DNA of 64,000 bases, from contig JAJPRE010000002.1 of assembly GCA_023700245.1 (NCBI GenBank), positions 34,363 to 98,362 of the forward strand, in the 5' to 3' direction. Below the pieces are notes generated by a model. The model saw only the letters and a list, made by a program, of their open reading frames with translations. It did not search any database and was not told where the DNA came from. This stretch comes from Candidatus Thalassarchaeaceae archaeon (GTDB taxonomy: Archaea; Thermoplasmatota; Poseidoniia; Poseidoniales; Thalassarchaeaceae). This document shows, piece by piece, positions 60,201 through 64,000 of the stretch. Position numbers and translations under genes: made by a program. The first letter of the stretch is position 1. The number at the start of each line of letters is the position of its first letter.

Positions 60201-60229
60201 AAAATGAAATAGTTTCGGACATTAAGTAA
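51287..60229 (+). CDS. Giant (2980 aa) surface protein: TSP3-like Ca-binding repeats, transglutaminase-like domain, Ig-like stalk, TM, DUF4129-like tail
   Basis: Signal peptide; DTDNDGLPDGWE repeats; YWRWHTYDSYTG; GSCDEF..LRHAGMPTRKVTGF..WAEV..GWIPFE; TM before GRRKK; ETVREF..FEEARYS. Confidence 0.85.
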   Translation: MNRILLNSDANITNRKKKSAVFFSIIMVFSSFLAMEYGIWEAMATTDQDGDGLSYGIEFFINTQPQDFDTDNDGLPDGWEWQYGLDPLSSVGNNGSTGDPDLDSLTNLNEYLYSIPSNWDFSGTPNVLDNGVWWNGTVPVSNWDEESAMQLLQGSGSDGFDEDPMGNICTDSFDNDKDGLVDSFDNDNDGDADCSSDDDDGDGLIDEDRNGWDTDGDGMPDGWEVAHNLDPTSNSNMDGTFGDPDNDGLINLYEYVNPAWNTRNGSTFPPTQYFRPGPDNMSFTTSPCNPMLELGPGGCQFLTAEVDGITQTDPQSNDTDLDGLNDSYEALILLTDPTSPDTDGDGINDGIEVNGQYGDPEQGSNPLDNNTDGDYLEDGEEDLNGNGLIDVGETDPTRIEDDGDFDGDGLQNWEENLTCTLWNLADSDGGGATDGEELDFMRATNPCMSYVNLEFSILNYDISTKELTLNSTDGINPNPIDWRQTDYPMAYYNNTSGDLTGFRFVSIFGNSLRGIDLDMPLGTSTIIITNGSWCWNATVGAINDPHCDDDYSDLDSDGLADWEELVGTWGYISNINMSDSDGDGVNDLSEIQNLTDPLEPCDNILDSDMDGLNNYFENNTGCSLSFGITQGNLTQDSYITLWNQSDSDSGGVTDGQEYLDGTNPQNNPNDDINPTDTDGDGIPDTIEQDIGTNWLDPDTDGGGIPDGQECPESFWINDCVDAPTDPFNSSDDILYNSLFFSAYNLSSGLDTGMKHYWRWHTYDSYTGVSWGVNSSLIGNTLITPSSNISQGVADSSFWNSSSALDWQLVYQDGIMAPGIELISPYNSYEFDSWSDASAGLNFSNYTRDIIIDNSNIENLYVSAPEIILGPQIRDNSTIFSGSSYATSLPESYLNDYGIQVNNITQQIINNSGAVSAWDKIIAIQDFIINGNETITFLRNHDGSSRPNNAGIDSDISNWILTSSFEGSCDEFTSLFTVMLRHAGMPTRKVTGFSGGEWTGKSYDVYGGDFTWWAEVHLQTNQNQGNLDLGWIPFEACPPLSLVEVLDVSWSPDVLGRDLNIGQNISVQGTLQFVTNSTSVSDITLSLYLVSPLDISDIPGSAAIPEHLVATTTSDSNGFFNLSGLPAEILSPGYASLVIQTSKKNYVGNQGISFSWMINITDDVNLSILDPFPVDQPMIGVGVNTTISGQMSWKNDPKIDPTTVDNLQLELIYSTSLDGNVELISDVGPGGYFEFIISLQDQEPLGLINASLEFSGWHQDDLNNDSNPTYHAMPNIYSFMFEVTPSPNMTVVLESKNSNNSIIDIDSNIFLNGSVLSRGLSQDALNGTVYLDMRKSNFNGPFIGIKSWQLNNSSWIDDPGNFSINWLFNASEVPIPAGPVEVRIRFDADILTSNDQEIFTDIYGIRSNIFFNYSLASKMRGIAAEVDVILTDHTGTSLANFEGNYRLEFNGEEVWNITDPINPKLLVSWTPALATIPDDYNWSLFYNGSKWLNPNNSIDEIRIKGRGNVTTNLGFEWSQGGNLSSQNWVRGFTNDIMSNNPIIGNNSSITLSLHVPTDLPPTPDGFPSPPTIYVLSSDWIDVQTGEYNLSFIMPGDVGSGAYELYLELDFNLNPPPGGIFYQDTSPVLVNAGIQTEFIVELNSSVAIVTAGNTLNLNASISDFADSSRLGDITVELYFDWGGNSQQLLDSTISNSDGDALFDPIIPVNTLPGYYQIRILAPDDIDDNLSDIGAGRWLEGEDFANLTVRVGSVIEIDSIPAEVTALQYFTVSGRVMDSVDANRTVQGPVEIEIFFLDDPNEILITDFTTSNNGSFTVSVPTDVLGNGVTSGVRTLIISVVNDSSPFYLSGTGDTSILVRGIPNFIETTPLINTVIDRGTSVTIGGRLVEFSDNNINLNGLQVAAKFHETWLDNNITDNQGNVNFDFLIPNDHPLGLVNVTLFFNGSSTLNSIFEIINTISIRSSTSIQIYPITANPLPGDFFNVTGSLISSNGSSVVNRQGALLSPALTFSINDESDTFTVSSLSFSDDGNWSGIIRLDLTFSRGVNEIMVIYTPDVNYYDSSENTSIFSSRGYSLLTILDPSDLDSDSRTIRGESVAINMSIIDNAGNPVPSVPYDVSIEGLLISSSNTDLEGLSTTILNIDQFTKVGPVKITVSFNGINSTIGLLGDEAWTRIIILAPTNLNALIVEGEFIAGEKITFSGILTDEHSDSLFTDVSPSGGIIHLFIDDIDAGPLYTTQSNGTTRSWSIVYDIPEDMNYGLHTATMKFLGGFTWVNPMGQGDSLNPEYYLPSSDIMEFNISQVSKVIITTSITDVDRNDLVLIEGQFTDLVSRPIPDRPLNAYIDEYLLTELFVNETGFFSIYVPISPNMKLGPRIISVEFMGEEFILPSNSSTVFIVHGPVYPIVNSLNPIAVGDILEISGLVKDNLQDGFLPNHTLELFVDDVLIGITTSTDEGYWYYDYIIPETLEIGNHTFTVLSPEQGYHRQGNFDTNLTVAYHTKISLSIGSQYATRGDNWNFTGRLYEDDTQFQMGLQGRNILVLLDGIEISTITSNDDGTFNYNHTLGYQISRGMHEFKFSFVGELFYLASNTNITTFVNSDIQIEILPITHTIVRSSSTQPIKIQGFAREIGGQFSIFENLSINLFWENSNLPLKSDPWANSGTLNFQIISTARQFMLPGINTLDLIIESDENRYLNGASIEIDVLVLVQIDFDFSDLGLVNGQRILQGSVNLTANDTGEMLPGVSMSALLLNGSTTHFSSTKLTDENGRFNFEFKALSPLPPLSDKLIWGDLNVQISSNSIFIDPISLSNLALQGHMEIIYEEPDSEYIFGPFMLIIGSILIVSLLITSFILYGRRKKSELSEIANIFSYASELLAAGDEVRSSIFICYQNLCEVLMQRGFLRRGFETVREFELAIRTALPEIREESLIALDRIFEEARYSSHILGENHRSNATLALTSVVNEINSLEEIPNRENEIVSDIK
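51419..53500 (+). repeat. Protein-level DxDxDG(L/I)xDxxE..TDP repeats (bacterial TSP3-like)
   Basis: Many degenerate copies in aa ~45-740 of the giant protein; boundaries approximate. Confidence 0.8.
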
Positions 60230-60236
60230 CTGATTC

Positions 60237-60746
60237 CTAATTACTCAATTCTAGCGTACCTTGGGACCAAACTCCTTTACTAATTTTAATGCTATCATTG
60301 ATCAAGAATTCCTCAATATTACCTCCGAATGTATTCGGTACAATAATTCTTAGATGGGTACGTTTTTCGTTAATTTCAACGATTATATCCTTTGGAGAAT
60401 TTGATTCTAAAGGAATTAAAAAATTAGATTTAAATTCTATAGATTTTGAAATATCCTCAAATATACTTAAATTACGTATTTGTTTTAAAGATTCTTTTTT
60501 GTCTTCCATTGAATCTGATAATTTTGATATCATTTTATTATGGCTAGATTTAACCTCATTTAAATGAGTTAATCCATTTAGAAATGAATCATGCATTTTT
60601 TCTGCGTTGTTATCTAATCCAAAATCTTCATTACTACCCGGGCCATATCTATCTTGTTCTGATTCTAAAATTGATATTTCCAGTCTTTCCCAATCCATGT
60701 TATCAACTTGGCCCACAGGTTCGATGTGCATTAACTCATTGTTCAA
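60237..60746 (-). CDS. Hypothetical acidic protein
   Basis: Open frame overlapping the helicase stop by 4 nt; no recognised motif. Confidence 0.55.
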   Translation of the reverse strand: MNNELMHIEPVGQVDNMDWERLEISILESEQDRYGPGSNEDFGLDNNAEKMHDSFLNGLTHLNEVKSSHNKMISKLSDSMEDKKESLKQIRNLSIFEDISKSIEFKSNFLIPLESNSPKDIIVEINEKRTHLRIIVPNTFGGNIEEFLINDSIKISKGVWSQGTLELSN

Positions 60747-62776
60747 TATTTCTTAATTGCAGGTTCTGGAAAATGCTCAAAAAATGATTTTGTAAATTTT
60801 TCAGTTCTTAGATAATTGCTAGTTTGTCTTATTTGTAATGAATTAGGCATACATATTTTATAATTTCTGTTAAGTAACCTGTTTTCTAATAGTACTACAA
60901 GTGCCCTATCTTCTCCTTTTCTAATTGGTCTGCCGATTGCCTGCATCAGGCTATTAACTGCTGGCTGAGAGCTAGAATAACGCCATGCCAAGATACTTCC
61001 AAATCTTTTTTCATAATATGACTTTAATGCATTTTGCCTTGCACTTGGAGGGGCGAGAGGAAGGCCAACGCAAATAACTGCATCCAATATATTTTCAGGA
61101 TAATCTACTCCTTCTGAGAATTTTCCCCCCAATACTCCTATAAGTATACATCTTTCTCCTTTTTTTCTACTTTCATGCAATTTATTTACCTTCTTTCCAA
61201 CCTCTCCTTTGGACATCATTCTCCTCTCGATAATATGGTGAGTTATGGACCATGGAATCCAAGAAGAACCCTCATGATTAACGATATTGTCCAACATCAT
61301 ATAGCTAGGAAAAAATAATGCTATATTCCCATTTGTATTATCTAATACTGATTTAATGTGCATCCTTATATTGTGAGAATTATTCATTCCTCTGTCCGTA
61401 AATTTTGTAGTGACATCCCTTGCAATTAAAATTGGTCGCCTATTTGACAAAAAATCTGATTTGTATTCTTTAGCAATAACTTCTCTATCCTCGGGAATTT
61501 GTAAGATATCTGAATACATCCCAGGAGGATAAAGTGTACCTGACATAATTATTGCCCCACTCGTTTTTTCAAATAATGGTCCACTCACTACTCCCGGATC
61601 TAGTAAAAAACTTCGAACTATTATTTTCTCTCGTTCGCCTATTTTATCTATTACAAGAGCCAATGCTGAACTATTCATGTATTCTAAACAAGTATCTAAC
61701 ATTTCTCCAAGTCTTGAACATGCCGTGGTTTCATCTCCTTCTGAATCTATTGAATCATCATTTTCAACTTTAACTATTGATAATTGATTTATCATTTTTC
61801 TTAGTACGGCAAAATTTTTATTATTTTTAAATTCCAAAGATTCCATTAAAATAGAATTAATTTCTCCCAAAAAATCATCCGTTTCAATTTTCATATCCTT
61901 TTCATTTTTTAATAATCCTTCTTTAGAGTTAAACCATTTTTTCATCTCTTTTCTTAGTTTATTCAGTTGTTTTGTAGTACTTCTTATATCTTCAATTTCC
62001 TTATTTCCGTATGGATTATCTACTTCTATTTGTTTTAATTTATTCTCTTTATTACCTAAGAATTCTTCTAATTCGCTATATGCGTCTTCAAATGTCCTGT
62101 GTTCGACGATTCTCTCTAGGCCATTCCTTATCCTATCTGGTAAATTATGAGCTTCATCAACAATTAATATAGTATTTTCTAATTCAACTCCCATCGCCGG
62201 AAGAGATAATTCCATTACATTTTCGATAAATACATGATTATAATCACAGACTATGACTCTAGCCCCTTTGGCCGCAAATCTTGCAGCAGCCCAAGGGCAA
62301 GACTCAACCTTTTCTGCTAATTCTATAATTTCCTCAACATGCATTGGACTTTCTAAAATTCTATTTGCTAACCTTATCCTTCTAGATTTTCTAGATCCTT
62401 CTTCTATATTTACCTCACAAGAACACTCACCGGTTAGTGGTTGAATATTTTTACACATTCCTTCTCTGCCAATTATGTCTACTAATTTTATATCAGGTAT
62501 AGTCGAAATTTCACGTTCATTTAATGACTTTATGGTATCAACTACGATTTTGTGTTGAGATTGCCGACCTGTTAAAAACAGTATTTTTTTATCATTAACC
62601 GAATCGTATGAAATTTTTAATGCAGCAGCCAATGATGCAGCTGTTTTTCCTATTCCAGTTGGGGCCGCGGCTAGCAAAAATCCATTTTCTCTTAATGTAT
62701 TTATGCCATCTTCTAGCATCTCCTTTTGTGAAGGTCTAAGGGTATCATGGGCAAAAAATTTCATGTTGGTTGACAT
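60743..62776 (-). CDS. XPD/Rad3/DinG-family Fe-S DNA helicase
   Basis: RPSQ Q-motif, APTGIGKT, Cys ligands (MC..ECSC..CPW), DEAHN, MSGTL, FFPSY, SEGVDY, QAIGRPIR. Confidence 0.92.
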   Translation of the reverse strand: MSTNMKFFAHDTLRPSQKEMLEDGINTLRENGFLLAAAPTGIGKTAASLAAALKISYDSVNDKKILFLTGRQSQHKIVVDTIKSLNEREISTIPDIKLVDIIGREGMCKNIQPLTGECSCEVNIEEGSRKSRRIRLANRILESPMHVEEIIELAEKVESCPWAAARFAAKGARVIVCDYNHVFIENVMELSLPAMGVELENTILIVDEAHNLPDRIRNGLERIVEHRTFEDAYSELEEFLGNKENKLKQIEVDNPYGNKEIEDIRSTTKQLNKLRKEMKKWFNSKEGLLKNEKDMKIETDDFLGEINSILMESLEFKNNKNFAVLRKMINQLSIVKVENDDSIDSEGDETTACSRLGEMLDTCLEYMNSSALALVIDKIGEREKIIVRSFLLDPGVVSGPLFEKTSGAIIMSGTLYPPGMYSDILQIPEDREVIAKEYKSDFLSNRRPILIARDVTTKFTDRGMNNSHNIRMHIKSVLDNTNGNIALFFPSYMMLDNIVNHEGSSWIPWSITHHIIERRMMSKGEVGKKVNKLHESRKKGERCILIGVLGGKFSEGVDYPENILDAVICVGLPLAPPSARQNALKSYYEKRFGSILAWRYSSSQPAVNSLMQAIGRPIRKGEDRALVVLLENRLLNRNYKICMPNSLQIRQTSNYLRTEKFTKSFFEHFPEPAIKKY

Positions 62777-62903
62777 TTCTTCCTCACCCACCTTTTTTGA
62801 TGCTGGCAATAGAACGACCAATAAGATTGGCCTTTAATGAAAGTATAAAAAATTCTATAATTTATAATTATATATCAATTATAGTAATAGATAACTGATT
62901 ATT

Positions 62904-63131
62904 TTATCTGTACTTATTTCCAAAACTAATTCCATATTTATTATCTGCGACAATCCCGCGAGTAATCCGTGGTGCTTCTTTTGCGTCATAACCAACAGCA
63001 TTGGATAATTTTGCTCTTTTGACTACTCCTCTAAGTCCAATCATTGGCTTAACTCCATTTGTGTGATGTTTGGCGAGGGAGCGTCCCCTTCGCTCCCCCG
63101 CATTTTTTTTGTGCATCCCATCTTTGCTCAT
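62904..63131 (-). CDS. Small basic hypothetical protein (75 aa)
   Basis: AGGTGA Shine-Dalgarno-like element upstream of ATG 63131; Lys/Arg/Gly-rich; follows the RHH gene. Confidence 0.6.
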   Translation of the reverse strand: MSKDGMHKKNAGERRGRSLAKHHTNGVKPMIGLRGVVKRAKLSNAVGYDAKEAPRITRGIVADNKYGISFGNKYR

Positions 63132-63144
63132 TTCTCTCACCTAT

Positions 63145-63528
63145 TTATTGAGCGTTCGAATCGTTATTATAATGCGCACGAACTTCTTCCATTCGCGCTG
63201 AAAGTATATTGTCTATAGTCACTCCATCTAAAGTGTCTTTTCGAATATATTCCTTTGCTCCCTGCTTCAATACATTTTCGGCAGAATCTGAATGTAAATC
63301 ACAATAATTCTTCATCCTAATCGTAAGGTCTGGCCCTAAATTAACTTCTACCTTTTCATTTATTGTTGAAAGTGGAGATGAAATAAATTTTCTAATTGCC
63401 TCTCTTATTACGTCTGATCTATTCCTTGACCCATCTAAACCAATTCTTTGATCCAATTCCAAAAGATAGTCTTCAGGTATTCTAAGTGATACCATGGGAC
63501 TGTTACCGGCTAATCTCGGACTCTTCAT
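63145..63528 (-). CDS. Ribbon-helix-helix (CopG/NikR-like) transcriptional regulator, probably two RHH modules
   Basis: MVSLRIPEDYLLELD...NRSDVIREAIRKFI; second module KVEVNLGPDLTIRMKNYC...AENVLKQGAKEYI. Confidence 0.78.
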   Translation of the reverse strand: MKSPRLAGNSPMVSLRIPEDYLLELDQRIGLDGSRNRSDVIREAIRKFISSPLSTINEKVEVNLGPDLTIRMKNYCDLHSDSAENVLKQGAKEYIRKDTLDGVTIDNILSARMEEVRAHYNNDSNAQ

Positions 63529-63551
63529 TGTATCTTCGAGATAGCATTAAG

Positions 63552-63600
63552 CATATAAATATAATGCAATTGAAAGACAAATGTATTACAATTTTGCATT
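63552..63600. promoter_or_regulatory. TATA box of the RHH gene plus adjacent inverted repeat (candidate operator)
   Basis: TTTATATG on minus strand at -31..-24; AATGCAA...TTGCATT arms enclosing the TGTATTACA palindrome. Confidence 0.45.
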
Positions 63601-63677
63601 TTTTATTCTTTTAATATTTATTTTTAATAGTTTAATTCAAATCAGAGCATTGTTTCGGCAATAATGGAGGAGTATAT

Positions 63678-64000
63678 GTGAAAATCATAAATGATACAAT
63701 TCATGGACAATTTAATATTTCTGGTGTAAGGGAAGAATTACTCAAAACTCCTGAGATGAATAAACTTAGTCATATTAAGCAATTAGGACTTGCCCATCTA
63801 GTTTTCCCTGGAGCGCATCATACACGTTTTGAACACTCTCTTGGAGTATCTCACGTAGCTGGGATGATGGCAAACTCATTAAATCTAGATGAACATGAAA
63901 AACTGACTGTGGAAGTCGCGGGAATGTTACATGATGTAGGTCATGGCCCATATTCTCACACATTGGAACACATTCTTCATGAACAAGGAGGTTTAGATCA
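63678..64000 (+). CDS. HD-domain phosphohydrolase (SAMHD1/dNTP triphosphohydrolase-like), 3'-truncated; not in the ORF track
   Basis: Hand translation MKIINDTIHG...IKQLGLAHLVFPGAHHTRFEHSLGV...MLHDVGHGPYSHTLE; GGAGG upstream of a GTG start. Confidence 0.92.
   Translation, partial: MKIINDTIHGQFNISGVREELLKTPEMNKLSHIKQLGLAHLVFPGAHHTRFEHSLGVSHVAGMMANSLNLDEHEKLTVEVAGMLHDVGHGPYSHTLEHILHEQGGLD

Noticed and set aside
63775..63963. 62-aa minus-strand ORF
   Set aside because: Shadow of the plus-strand HD-domain gene running off the window.

Overview
AT-rich (roughly one-third GC by eye), densely coding archaeal chromosome segment. Archaeal information genes (aRF1, aIF2-beta, aTrm56, class I LysRS, NOG1-type GTPase, XPD-like helicase, archaeal PyrH) sit among bacterial-type catabolic genes (Aap amino-acid ABC transporter, branched-chain 2-oxoacid dehydrogenase with LipA/LipB, NfeD-flotillin, FolP/FolB) and acidic DxDxDG-repeat surface proteins. 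This mix points to Marine Group II (Ca. Poseidoniales); the taxonomy is an inference. I call about 55 CDS and one tRNA-Leu(UAA), and saw no CRISPR array, rRNA or transposase. Best leads: (1) a 978-aa plus 2980-aa cell-surface pair, the larger a hugely expanded TgpA-like protein (Ca-binding repeats, transglutaminase-like domain lacking its catalytic His, Ig-like stalk, TM, DUF4129-like tail); (2) an unlisted 39-aa TFS/TFIIS-like zinc-ribbon microprotein lacking the acidic catalytic pair; (3) a SAP motif fused across a membrane helix to an M28 peptidase; (4) a tandem-RHH regulator plus a small basic orphan with a palindromic operator candidate; (5) recurrent degenerate TATA-like boxes about 30 nt before start codons. 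All family calls are motif recognition by eye, not database searches.
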